Below are positions 18,251 to 27,372 of a stretch of DNA of 64,000 nt, one piece after another. The DNA is from Candidatus Peregrinibacteria bacterium (GTDB taxonomy: Bacteria; Patescibacteriota; Gracilibacteria; UBA1369), in NCBI GenBank assembly GCA_963708185.1, contig OY970195.1:896001-960000 (forward strand), given 5' to 3'. Under the pieces are notes generated by a model. That model was given only the letters and a program-made list of their open reading frames with translations, did no database searches and was not told where the DNA came from. A program made the position numbers and the translations under genes. Position 1 is the stretch's first letter; the number at the start of each line of letters is the position of its first letter.

Positions 18251-19407
18251 AGATCGGTGTGAACGGCCGTTTTCTGGCCAAGCCCTATACCGGAATCGGA
18301 CAGCATACCAAGTATCTTTTTGATGCCATCGCCAGACTGCATCCTGAAATTTCCATCGTCATGGCCGTGCATGAAAAGGTTTCCGTCCCCTTGCCGAAAA
18401 ACGTTGAGATTCACGTTCTCCCCGAAAAATTCCCCGGGACCGGCGGCATGAAAAAAACTTATTGGGAGCAGCGGCAGGTTCCCCAGTTTTTCCAATCGCA
18501 GGAGGTGGACCTGGCGCATTTTCCATACCCTTCCAACCCCTGGAGCGGTTTTTCAAAACCCGTCTGCGTCACCGTGCATGACGTGATTCCCTGGGAAAAC
18601 GCCGCGTACCGGAGATCCATCACCACGCGGATGTATCAGGACAGCTGCCGCTTCGCCGTAAAAAAAGCCGACCGCATTTTTACCGTTTCCGAAGCTTCGA
18701 AATACGACATCGTTCCCATGTGCCACGTTGAAGAAGAAAGGATCGTGCTGACGTACAACGCGCCGGCCCCGCAGTTTTCCAGGAAAATCGATGAAAGCGG
18801 ACGCGCCAAGATTTTGCAAAAGTACGGTTTGGACCCGGGCCGGCGCTACTTTTTGTACGTCGGCGGATATGACGAAAGAAAAAACGTTCCCGCGCTGGTT
18901 GAGGCTTTTGAACGCTTCATCTCCCCTCATCATGAGATCGACCTTGTGCTCTCGGGAGGCAAAGCCGTCAACGATCCTTTGTACGCGAGTTTCGATCATC
19001 TGCTTCATCGCGACCAGTCCCAGCGTCCGGGGAAAATCCATACCACGGGCTTCATCGACGAAGCAGACCTGCCGGCGCTGTATCAATCCGCTTTCGTTTT
19101 CGTCAACGTCTCAACAAAGGAAGGATGCAATCTTCCCCTGCTGGAAGCGCTGGTAAGCGGCATTCCGGTGATCGCTTCGGATATTCCCGTCCATCACGAG
19201 ATGATCGGTCCCCACGCCGTGTACGTGAAACCCAACGACATCGAACGGATCGGTGCTCTCATGGACCAGCTTCTTCGCGACGATAATTTTTATTCCCTCC
19301 ACCACAAAGACGCAATCGACTATCGATGTCCTTTTTCCTGGGACAAAACCGCCGGGAAAGTTTTCGGAGAATATGAAGAACTCATCAGGCTCAAATCCAT
19401 GCTATAA
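18247..19407 (+). CDS. GT4 glycosyltransferase
   Basis: TGIGQ, TVHD, RKN, EGCNLPLLEA, SDIP, FSWDKTA. Confidence 0.9.
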   Translation: MKIGVNGRFLAKPYTGIGQHTKYLFDAIARLHPEISIVMAVHEKVSVPLPKNVEIHVLPEKFPGTGGMKKTYWEQRQVPQFFQSQEVDLAHFPYPSNPWSGFSKPVCVTVHDVIPWENAAYRRSITTRMYQDSCRFAVKKADRIFTVSEASKYDIVPMCHVEEERIVLTYNAPAPQFSRKIDESGRAKILQKYGLDPGRRYFLYVGGYDERKNVPALVEAFERFISPHHEIDLVLSGGKAVNDPLYASFDHLLHRDQSQRPGKIHTTGFIDEADLPALYQSAFVFVNVSTKEGCNLPLLEALVSGIPVIASDIPVHHEMIGPHAVYVKPNDIERIGALMDQLLRDDNFYSLHHKDAIDYRCPFSWDKTAGKVFGEYEELIRLKSML

Positions 19408-19428
19408 TATCGACAGTATTTTTACGCC

Positions 19429-19959
19429 ATGAACCAATCCATTCTCATCGCCGTTTTCTCTTTCGTGATCATTCTCGCGATCGCACTGTTGTTTTTGTAC
19501 CTCTATCTGAAAGCGGTCCACGACGAGATTCTCAATTACTGGAATACGGTGCTGGATAAAATGCGCCTGCGCAACGATATGGTTCCCAATCTTATTGAAA
19601 CCGTCCGCAAATACAGCAAGAACGACGATAAAATTTTACAGGAAATGATCCAGCTCCGCTCCAAAAGCTGGCCGATGGCGGACTCCAACAGCCAGAAGGT
19701 CAACGTGGAACTGAGCCTTACCGACGATCTGCGGGCAATCTGGAAGCTCCCCGAAAAAGTCCATGGACTGAACCTGGACACCAATTTTTTATCGTTGAAA
19801 AAAGATTTTCATGATCTCGGCAAAGAGATCGACGCCATGGTCGACGTCTACAATAAAAAAATCCGCGGTTACAACAGTCGGGTTGGGTTTCTTTTGTTCA
19901 AACCTTTTTTTCGTTTGATGGGTTTGAAGAAATTTTCGATTTTTGAGTTTGAACCCTAA
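19429..19959 (+). CDS. LemA family protein
   Basis: N-terminal TM, R-DMVPNLIETVRKY, NFLSL, YNKKIRGYN. Confidence 0.8.
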   Translation: MNQSILIAVFSFVIILAIALLFLYLYLKAVHDEILNYWNTVLDKMRLRNDMVPNLIETVRKYSKNDDKILQEMIQLRSKSWPMADSNSQKVNVELSLTDDLRAIWKLPEKVHGLNLDTNFLSLKKDFHDLGKEIDAMVDVYNKKIRGYNSRVGFLLFKPFFRLMGLKKFSIFEFEP

Positions 19960-19967
19960 CCGTCACA

Positions 19968-19985
19968 GGTGAGTGGTTCCGCACC
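19968..19985. promoter_or_regulatory. Degenerate second copy of candidate LexA operator
   Basis: GGTGAGT-GGTT-CCGCACC. Confidence 0.5.
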
Positions 19986-20053
19986 TTTCCAGAAATATCA
20001 TCGCGCTTTTCTGTTTATCTTAAGAGGTTATTTTTGATTTTTGTAAAAAAGTC

Positions 20054-20082
20054 TTGACGGTGAGTATCCACTCACCTATACT
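20054..20082 (+). promoter_or_regulatory. lexA promoter with overlapping palindromic operator
   Basis: TTGACG-N17-TATACT; perfect palindrome GGTGAGT-ATCC-ACTCACC (20059-20076) fills the spacer. Confidence 0.75.
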
Positions 20083-20108
20083 GAGGTTGTCATTCATTAT
20101 TTCTTGCT

Positions 20109-20732
20109 ATGTCAGAAGTTCTTACCGAAAAACAGGAGGCCCTTCTCCAGTTCATAGAAGACTATCAATTGCAGAACGGCCGATCTCCGACCATCCGTGA
20201 AATGCGCGAACACTTTGGAGTCAGTTCGGACAACAGTATTCTTAAACTCCTTACCGCGCTCAAAGTAAAAGGAAAGATCCAAAAAGACGATACGCCCCGA
20301 GGAATTAAACTTCTTTCCAGCGTGAAGGAAAAACTTTCCTCTCCGGAGTTGAAACTTCCTCTGCTCGGCATGATTCCAGCCGGAGGTCCGGTGCTTTCCG
20401 AGGAGTATGTGGAAAGCTGGATGAAAGTGAGCGACGACATTGTCTATAAAGTGAAGGACTCGTATTTACTTCGCGTCAAAGGAGACAGTATGATCGACGC
20501 CGGCATTTTTGAAGACGATATCCTGGTGGTCTGCGGTTCGATGTCACCGAAAATTTACGACATTGTGGTGGCATTGGTGGATAATCAAAACACCGTGAAG
20601 CGTTACATGAAAGATGCCCAGGGACGTCTCTACCTCAAACCTGAAAATCCACGTTACGATAATATCTACCCCGAGGGCGAACTGTGCACCCAGGGAGTAG
20701 TGACAGGGCTCATGCGCTTCTACAAGCGATAA
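20109..20732 (+). CDS. lexA: LexA repressor
   Basis: wHTH (LTEKQ...SPTIRE), IPAG cleavage site, VKGDSM Ser and TVKR Lys dyad. Confidence 0.93.
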   Translation: MSEVLTEKQEALLQFIEDYQLQNGRSPTIREMREHFGVSSDNSILKLLTALKVKGKIQKDDTPRGIKLLSSVKEKLSSPELKLPLLGMIPAGGPVLSEEYVESWMKVSDDIVYKVKDSYLLRVKGDSMIDAGIFEDDILVVCGSMSPKIYDIVVALVDNQNTVKRYMKDAQGRLYLKPENPRYDNIYPEGELCTQGVVTGLMRFYKR

Positions 20733-20826
20733 CATCCGGCTTCATCCTTCGTAAGGTTTCAAAAAGAACAACGTGTTCTCCAGTTTTTCTTCGACTAAAA
20801 TTTTATTTCTTCACCATTTTCCCTCT

Positions 20827-21000
20827 ATGACATTCCCACGTTTTTTTTCTCCCTCGGTGACCTCACGTCTTTTTGATCCCATGCCGCTACCGCGGTCGAT
20901 CCGCATCAAAAGAGTTGGCAAAACAAAAGCTAAATTGCCCAGCACATCAAGTTTTAAGGCCGTGAACTTCCGGATCAAAAAAATACCCCTTCATCGTTAA
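20827..21000 (+). CDS. Possible small basic protein (57 aa)
   Basis: ATG after a pyrimidine-rich leader; K/R-rich; followed by a UUCG hairpin at about 21009-21021. Confidence 0.3.
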   Translation: MTFPRFFSPSVTSRLFDPMPLPRSIRIKRVGKTKAKLPSTSSFKAVNFRIKKIPLHR

Positions 21001-21057
21001 TACTCTTTCTGCCTTCGGCAGCAGACGTTTCTATCCTGTTACAAATATTGACCTCGA

Positions 21058-21177
21058 GCTGCCTCGCTCTTCTCTTTATAGCGGTCGGGTTGGGGACCCG
21101 CGAGACCCAACCCTCCCTCGCTTCGCCCTCGCGCCGTGCGCTCGGTAGACGCTCGGCCGCTGCCTCGCTCTTCTCTT
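21058..21177. repeat. 19-bp direct repeat flanking an 82-bp palindromic REP/MITE-like segment
   Basis: GCTGCCTCGCTCTTCTCTT at 21058-21076 and 21159-21177; internal GGGTTGGG...CCCAACCC hairpin. Confidence 0.7.
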
Positions 21178-21348
21178 ATCAAAAATGTCATCCTTCACGT
21201 GCTACTCTTGCGCTTAGTTGGGTTTCGTCATCCCTCATTCTCGGCGCAATGGGTACGTCTCTCCTTTCAAAGGGAGAGGCCGACTGGACGCCCCTCACGG
21301 GCGGCTGCGGCTGCGGTCCACCTCGGACCCTGTCTGTGGCACTGCCGC

Positions 21349-22131
21349 TCACTTCAAGGATGACTTTTTTGCATCTTTAATTTTTTTGGTCTGCTGATAT
21401 TTCATCCACAGTGAAAGCCCCTCACGCTTCCGTCCGCCTCCCTGTTCACGCTGTCCTCTCGCCACATTGCTGTAAAATCCAGCCGTCACTTTTTTTTCGA
21501 CTTTCAGTAACTTTGCGAGCGCGATGGACGCAGCTTCACGATTCTTTTTGATATCCATGGCTTCTTCAGGAAGAATACCTTCACGAGCGGCAAAATCTTC
21601 AAAGGGAAGGAACAATAAAGCAAACTTCACTTCCAGTGGCAGCTCGGGAAAATGTTTCGCTCCTTCAACCTGACGTACATTCAACAGCTTTTTCCGCTTC
21701 ATTTGCGCGACTGTTTTGGAGAGTTTGTTCTGAAAAAATCCTACGACGTCCTTTTCAGGCTCATCGGAAGCGTTTTGTATATCCACGCGGGACAATACGG
21801 CCCTGATTTGCCCACGAACCGACAATAAAACTTCTGCGATCGTCCTGACTTTCCCGGGAACCTCATCGAGATGTGTTTCAAGTTTCGACAAAAAAACAGC
21901 TAAAAGCGTTTCCTGCATTTCTCTCATCGCCCTGATCTCGTCCGGAGATACGGCAACCGCTTGATAAATGGCCTTGCGCTGGTATTCAATTTTTTCGACG
22001 AGCTCTTTCAGTTCTGCGGGGAGACTTTTTCTGCTTCTGGAAAGCTGGGGCAAGAGGGTATCCTTGAAGGCAGGAAACAGTATTTCCGTTTCTTCATGTG
22101 ATGACGTTTGAGGCTTTTCGGGCTTTGACAT
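21349..22131 (-). CDS. Hypothetical helical protein
   Basis: Long ORF; likely start ATG 22131 (MSKPEK); no motif recognised. Confidence 0.6.
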   Translation of the reverse strand: MSKPEKPQTSSHEETEILFPAFKDTLLPQLSRSRKSLPAELKELVEKIEYQRKAIYQAVAVSPDEIRAMREMQETLLAVFLSKLETHLDEVPGKVRTIAEVLLSVRGQIRAVLSRVDIQNASDEPEKDVVGFFQNKLSKTVAQMKRKKLLNVRQVEGAKHFPELPLEVKFALLFLPFEDFAAREGILPEEAMDIKKNREAASIALAKLLKVEKKVTAGFYSNVARGQREQGGGRKREGLSLWMKYQQTKKIKDAKKSSLK

Positions 22132-22253
22132 AAGAAAAGAATAATGGGAGGAAGTATAGGAATATCTGCTCTCACTGTCAAATCCCAAGGAACGATTCTT
22201 GATTTCGGGACTCCTTTCTTTTATCATCATTTGGCAAACGGTTCGCTTAAAAT

Positions 22254-22329
22254 GCCACTTTAGCTCAGCTGGTAGAGCAATGCTTTCGTAAAGCAGAGGT
22301 CTCGGGTTCGATTCCCGAAAGTGGCTCCA
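22254..22329 (+). tRNA. tRNA-Thr(CGT)
   Basis: GCCACTT/AAGTGGC acceptor, TAGCTCAGCTGGTAGAGC D-arm, loop TTCGTAA, GGTTCGATTCC, encoded CCA. Confidence 0.95.
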
Positions 22330-22362
22330 GTCGTTAAATAGCTTTTTTATTGATATAGAAAT

Positions 22363-25300
22363 TTATTTCTGAATCAATACCGCCAGTTTTGCTATTTCTG
22401 CTCTCGTGATTGGACTGTTAGGTCTGAAATATTTATAGGTTATCGGCTTCAGATTTTCTTTCAAAATCTGGCGCCGGGTAGCGTAATCCATTTGGCCAGT
22501 ATTTTTAATGGCTTTTGCTCTCTGATACGCACTAATTGCGCTTTCCAGTTCAGCATCGTAGCTGGTATTTATTTCGCCTTGGTAATAGCCGAGCTGCGCC
22601 ATGATTGTCTTGATGTTCGATACATCTTTGCCTTGATCAGAAACCCCAAGGAGACGCGGGAACGAGTAAAATTTACTGACAGCGCCGGCTTTGTCGAAAG
22701 TCATGGTGTATCCATCAACAATATTTTTTGCTTCGGCATAGGCCACGTAATCATAGTACCAATCACCCAGATCAACATCACCGAAGTCTGCCTCGTAGCC
22801 GCTGAAGTCCTGAATAGCTTTGGCCTTGAGTATCACCTTCAAAGCTTCTGCTCTGGTGATAGACTGATGAGGTTTAAAGTTCGAGCTTTTGTCTGCGTTG
22901 ATATACCCCTCGACAATACCGAGCTTGGCTGCGCGTATTACATAACCGGCAAACCAGTCCGCTGATTTTACGTCAAGAAACGAATCTTCAAATAATGAGG
23001 TACCGAGTTGATAGGTATTTAAAGCAATTTTTACCAGCTCAGCTCGAGTTGACATTCCGTCAGGAACAAACATATCGGAAGTACGTCCGTCAATGATACA
23101 TCTGCGGTAAAGATTTTCTATATAAGCTCTTGCCCAATGATTGGAAATATCCTTGAAAGGAACATTTGAAACTGTTGAGCGGCCACAACTCGGGGTAGGT
23201 GTGGTCTGGCCAGGTGTTATGCTTGTTGGAGGAGTATTACTGCCAGTACTGCAGGACGTGCCTGAACAGGAAGGCGATCCAAACTGCGCGCCTCCGCCTC
23301 CACTTCCGCCTCCACTTCCACCTCCGCCTCCACCTCCGCCCCCGCCACTTGAGGTGGGTAAGGTCAAAGTAACAGTCTGATTAGGAGTGTTGAGGTTTGC
23401 AGTAGTTGAGGAGTTTTGATATCCGGCAGCTGAACCAAACAAACTATATGGATTATATCCTCCGTTTGTTTCTGCTAGGGAAGCACTGGTCAGGTTAAAG
23501 GCCTGTAAGTAGTCTGAGTACAGTGTATAACCGGTACCAGCAGTCACAAGGGCTGAAGCGGCCGTTCCAAGAGCATCCTTAAATACCGCAGATGCTCCGT
23601 TAAGCGGTGCGTTTAAAGCATTTTTTATAAATGCTCTGGCCTTAAACCATACGCGAACTATTCCCGTCCCAGTTATGCTGCTTAATGTCCTATTGAATAA
23701 GGTATTTTTCAGGTCATTGTCGCCGGAACTATCACTATCTACATCGTAGCCTGCATTTGAAGTGAGAGTTGATTCATTGATGCTGTTGCCGGCAGAACTT
23801 CCGGTAAACATAACTCCAACTGCGTTACCTGAAGAAAGTATATTTTGAATGGTATTATTGTTTGAATCCTTGATTTTTATGCCTGAAGAAAAGACGGTTG
23901 TTGCGTGATCCAGACTTGGAGGATCAGTTTCACCCGGTTTCAGACTGGCTGAAGCTAGCGAGACAGCTGTGGGATTGTAGGAATAAGTTCCGTTTCCATT
24001 GGCGGTAAAAATTCCCGGAATGAATTGATCGATAGTGTTAGGGGCTCCGCATTTATTTGTAAGGTAGTCATTCACTCCCGATGAATCAACAGTATAACCG
24101 TCTGATGTAAGAAAGTCGGACTGGATATATATCGTTATTTTGTTACCTGAAGTGTCCACCAGCGCCGCATTTACGTCGTCAGTTGCTCCACCGATGGCGG
24201 TGGTTATGTCTTGGCCGTCCGTGTTAAAGATGGCAGCGGTGCAGGAATTATCAAGCATATAAAGAGCGGCGTCCGCGGTCCCTGTTACCGGCAAAGACTG
24301 ATCATAGGTATTGCCCCCATACACCCACAATGCCTTGGTGATTGTATAAACCGATGTGGCATTGGTCGCATTTTCAACAGCAAGATCCTGAATGGTCGAA
24401 TTGTTGATACCGTCAATGGTGAGGGCATCTTCCGCACCCGACGAATGAATAATTGTGGTGGCTCCTGCTCCGCTGACAGTAACGTTGTTAGCGCCACCGG
24501 GAGCGTCGCTCAATGTGGCTGCGTCGTAAGTTCCAGCGCCAATATGAACCGAATCACCCGTGGAAACAGCGTCAGGTAAAACATCCAAAGTGTTGGAAAA
24601 ACAGGTAGCATAATCAACGACGCAGCTGTCATCGATCAAATAATCGTTGACCCTGGCGCCGGAATAAGCGCCGATATCCTCCGACCCATTAACGTCAAGA
24701 TATCTGCTGATAGGACTTGGGTAATAGTCGTCTGAAGTATCAACGTTTTCTGTTCTGAGAAGAGGGTTGGAGGTGACAGTGTTGGTATTGAGACCTGTAA
24801 TTGTGCCAGTGGAATCGTTAAACAGGTATCCGAAGCCGTAGAACCCATTATAGCTGTCATTCAGGGTCACGTTGGCACTTCCGATGTTATAGTTAAGATT
24901 AATGCCAGTTCCGGCCGCAGGAGTAGCACTTTGATAACAAAGATTGTAATTGGCGGTAACTGTTACTGGCACATTGGGATTCCCCCCGCCGTCGAAAACG
25001 CCAATACAAGCGTCTCCTCCTGCTGCAGTGGAAACATTTTGCCCTATGACCGTATTATGCTCGTAAAGAGCGTCCACGTCATACTGATCGACACGTATGT
25101 TAAATGCCCATGTTCCATTGGTAGCACCTCCGACCTTAGTCGGTGTGATAATGTAGTTGCCGGTAAACTCCGCTTGCGCGTTCTGGACGGTGACCAATGT
25201 AAGATATTCATCATTCATGGTAACCGCGGACTTAATCGTATTGTTTGTAAATCTGATGTCTTTTCCGGCTGTTATAATCACCCAATCTCCCAGTGAGCCC

Positions 25301-26010
25301 GTTGCGTAATTGGTGATGGTGTTATTGTTAAACAGGACATGGTTGCAAATGTGATCATCAAGGGGATCTCCGGGAGGATCGCTGAAGTCGGGAGTGCCGT
25401 TTGCAACCACATTTACGCATGAAGAGAAGCGGCATTCAATCGAGTTATTCTCTATGACGCCGTTATCGGCACCCTGAAGCTGCAGCCTTTGTATTCCTGT
25501 ATTGCCATTTATTTCGTAACCATCGACGGAAGTGAGCGCAAGCCATGAATCAGTAGTGCTGGAGAAAGTATTATTTAAAAAATTGATATTGGTAGCGTTA
25601 CTAGAATCAAAATGCACATTTTCAGTTGAACAGTTCTGCAGCGTAAAATCGCTGCCGGTATATACATCTATTTCCGCGTCCGCTGCGTCGCCGAATGTAT
25701 CGGCTCCCGGATCGCAGGCAATGGTGACGCCGGCCGGAACAGTGAGTGTTGTACCTCCTGCAGTCTCAGCGGTATTGTCAAAAACATAGCTGGACGTTAA
25801 AGTTACGGTATCGACAAAAGCGTCCCCGTCAAGTCCCGGATCCAAAAGTGCATCGGCCAGAGTCGTGAAATCGCATCCGGAAGTGCATACCGTATAATTA
25901 ACGCTTGCAGCATGAGCTTTGTTAAAAAACAAAAGTCCTACAACGAGCGTAAAAAAACACATCGCGACCTTTGTCCTGATTGGATAATTTGTGTATGTAC
26001 CTGTGAACAT
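22363..26010 (-). CDS. Large secreted surface protein: beta-helix-like region, Gly linker, SLH domains, inserted peptidoglycan-binding domain
   Basis: Signal peptide (AHA), N/T/D-rich beta-helix-like repeats, poly-G/S linker, SLH motifs F-D---HWA...TRAE. Confidence 0.85.
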   Translation of the reverse strand: MFTGTYTNYPIRTKVAMCFFTLVVGLLFFNKAHAASVNYTVCTSGCDFTTLADALLDPGLDGDAFVDTVTLTSSYVFDNTAETAGGTTLTVPAGVTIACDPGADTFGDAADAEIDVYTGSDFTLQNCSTENVHFDSSNATNINFLNNTFSSTTDSWLALTSVDGYEINGNTGIQRLQLQGADNGVIENNSIECRFSSCVNVVANGTPDFSDPPGDPLDDHICNHVLFNNNTITNYATGSLGDWVIITAGKDIRFTNNTIKSAVTMNDEYLTLVTVQNAQAEFTGNYIITPTKVGGATNGTWAFNIRVDQYDVDALYEHNTVIGQNVSTAAGGDACIGVFDGGGNPNVPVTVTANYNLCYQSATPAAGTGINLNYNIGSANVTLNDSYNGFYGFGYLFNDSTGTITGLNTNTVTSNPLLRTENVDTSDDYYPSPISRYLDVNGSEDIGAYSGARVNDYLIDDSCVVDYATCFSNTLDVLPDAVSTGDSVHIGAGTYDAATLSDAPGGANNVTVSGAGATTIIHSSGAEDALTIDGINNSTIQDLAVENATNATSVYTITKALWVYGGNTYDQSLPVTGTADAALYMLDNSCTAAIFNTDGQDITTAIGGATDDVNAALVDTSGNKITIYIQSDFLTSDGYTVDSSGVNDYLTNKCGAPNTIDQFIPGIFTANGNGTYSYNPTAVSLASASLKPGETDPPSLDHATTVFSSGIKIKDSNNNTIQNILSSGNAVGVMFTGSSAGNSINESTLTSNAGYDVDSDSSGDNDLKNTLFNRTLSSITGTGIVRVWFKARAFIKNALNAPLNGASAVFKDALGTAASALVTAGTGYTLYSDYLQAFNLTSASLAETNGGYNPYSLFGSAAGYQNSSTTANLNTPNQTVTLTLPTSSGGGGGGGGGGSGGGSGGGGAQFGSPSCSGTSCSTGSNTPPTSITPGQTTPTPSCGRSTVSNVPFKDISNHWARAYIENLYRRCIIDGRTSDMFVPDGMSTRAELVKIALNTYQLGTSLFEDSFLDVKSADWFAGYVIRAAKLGIVEGYINADKSSNFKPHQSITRAEALKVILKAKAIQDFSGYEADFGDVDLGDWYYDYVAYAEAKNIVDGYTMTFDKAGAVSKFYSFPRLLGVSDQGKDVSNIKTIMAQLGYYQGEINTSYDAELESAISAYQRAKAIKNTGQMDYATRRQILKENLKPITYKYFRPNSPITRAEIAKLAVLIQK

Positions 26011-26113
26011 AAATATATATTTAATAAATCATATTATTATATCATATTTTTCATAAATTTTAAAATAGCGCATCATGCATTGGAGCTGCATTTACCGATA
26101 GGCTCATGGTTAC

Positions 26114-26145
26114 AAAAAACCCCGCCCGGATGGGCGGGGTTTTTT
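26114..26145. terminator. Bidirectional intrinsic terminator
   Basis: A6-CCCCGCCC-GGAT-GGGCGGGG-T6. Confidence 0.85.
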
Positions 26146-26164
26146 CGATATTGTTGGAGATGTT

Positions 26165-26887
26165 CTATTTGGGAATCCAACCCTGGTTCTTGGCGTTAGT
26201 GATCATATACTGGGCACGTCCGTTTGAAAGCAACGTTGCCGGAAAATAGTTGCTCTTTGGTCCCGGAAGGATATCTACCATTTTGCAATCAGCCAACCTG
26301 TTCACCGCTCCATAAAACCATTGGGTAGATGGAGTATCCTGATAGTAAGGATTGTAAGGATATTGATGTGAATTTGAACAATTAAATACAACGGACAAAG
26401 TGAAAATTTTAGCGGCTTCAGCACGATTGACCGTATTTGCAGGCTTGAACGTTCCGTCTGGATATCCCACCATCCATCCGTGGCTGTAAGCGGTCTCAAC
26501 ATAAGGATAATACCAGACTCCCGGGGCGACATCCGGGAAATGCGGGCCTCCTGATGTTGTTAAAGGAACTTTCATTGCATCAACGATAAGTTTTGCCAGT
26601 TCGGCGCGGGTGATCGGGTCATTCACCGGAGGAGGTTCAGGCGTAACCGGCGGTTCGAGTGAAAGCGGACGCATCGGCACAAGGTTTTGCCTTGATGGGA
26701 TTTGATAGACTGGCGTAACAGCCGGAGCAGAAGCCCTTAAGCCGGAAAAATTAAGACGAAAAAAACCCTGGAGCGCATCTCCGTTCAGGGTCAGTGCCAA
26801 AGCAGCCGTTAAGACGACGACAAGTGAAATGGCGCCTGTGGTGATCATTTTGTTTTCTTTGCCTTTTTTGAAATTGAAAAATTTCAT
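26165..26887 (-). CDS. SLH domain protein with N-terminal TM/signal
   Basis: ITRAELAK, FPDV---WYYPYV, GYPDGTFKPANTVNRAEAAK. Confidence 0.88.
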   Translation of the reverse strand: MKFFNFKKGKENKMITTGAISLVVVLTAALALTLNGDALQGFFRLNFSGLRASAPAVTPVYQIPSRQNLVPMRPLSLEPPVTPEPPPVNDPITRAELAKLIVDAMKVPLTTSGGPHFPDVAPGVWYYPYVETAYSHGWMVGYPDGTFKPANTVNRAEAAKIFTLSVVFNCSNSHQYPYNPYYQDTPSTQWFYGAVNRLADCKMVDILPGPKSNYFPATLLSNGRAQYMITNAKNQGWIPK

Positions 26888-27048
26888 TTTTGATTTTTAG
26901 GGGATATGAATCTTATGACTTCTGTTTACTGTAACATATTTATATATATTTGGCAATTTTGTTGGGTCAGAATATTTTCTTTTGGTATTTTCAAAGCGCA
27001 CTCCATTGACTATGATGGTTGGGCTTTTGAGCTTCATAATCTGCAGCG

Positions 27049-27372
27049 ATGGATTTCCGGTTGGTCAAAATAGTGATTTTTGTTCCCGCGACCCGCGGTG
27101 ACCTTATCCGTAAAACGCTCGCAAAAGCGGGAGCCGGGCACATTGGCAATTATGATTTTTGTTCATTCACCATGAAAGGCACCGGGCGTTTTCGTCCGCT
27201 TGAGGGGTCGAAACCTTTCCTCGGGAAGCAAGGCGGCATTGAAGAGGTCGACGAGGAACGGATCGAAGTGATCTGCCCCCATGCGATCCTTGAACAGGTT
27301 TTACAGGAAGTCCGCACGGCTCATCCTTATGAAGAGCCGGCGATTGACGTTTATCCGTTGTTGAACGAATGA
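27049..27372 (+). CDS. Stand-alone NIF3/YqfO PII-like domain protein
   Basis: AGAGHIGNYDFCSF---GTGRFRP, HPYEEPAIDVY. Confidence 0.85.
   Translation: MDFRLVKIVIFVPATRGDLIRKTLAKAGAGHIGNYDFCSFTMKGTGRFRPLEGSKPFLGKQGGIEEVDEERIEVICPHAILEQVLQEVRTAHPYEEPAIDVYPLLNE

Noticed and set aside
20765-20779. AGAACA-ACG-TGTTCT as a Gram-positive SOS box
   Set aside because: Spacing is GAAC-N5-GTTC rather than N4, and a better palindrome lies in the lexA promoter.
23288-23347. CCTCCG/CCTCCA tandem repeats
   Set aside because: Encode the poly-Gly/Ser linker; not CRISPR or a separate element.
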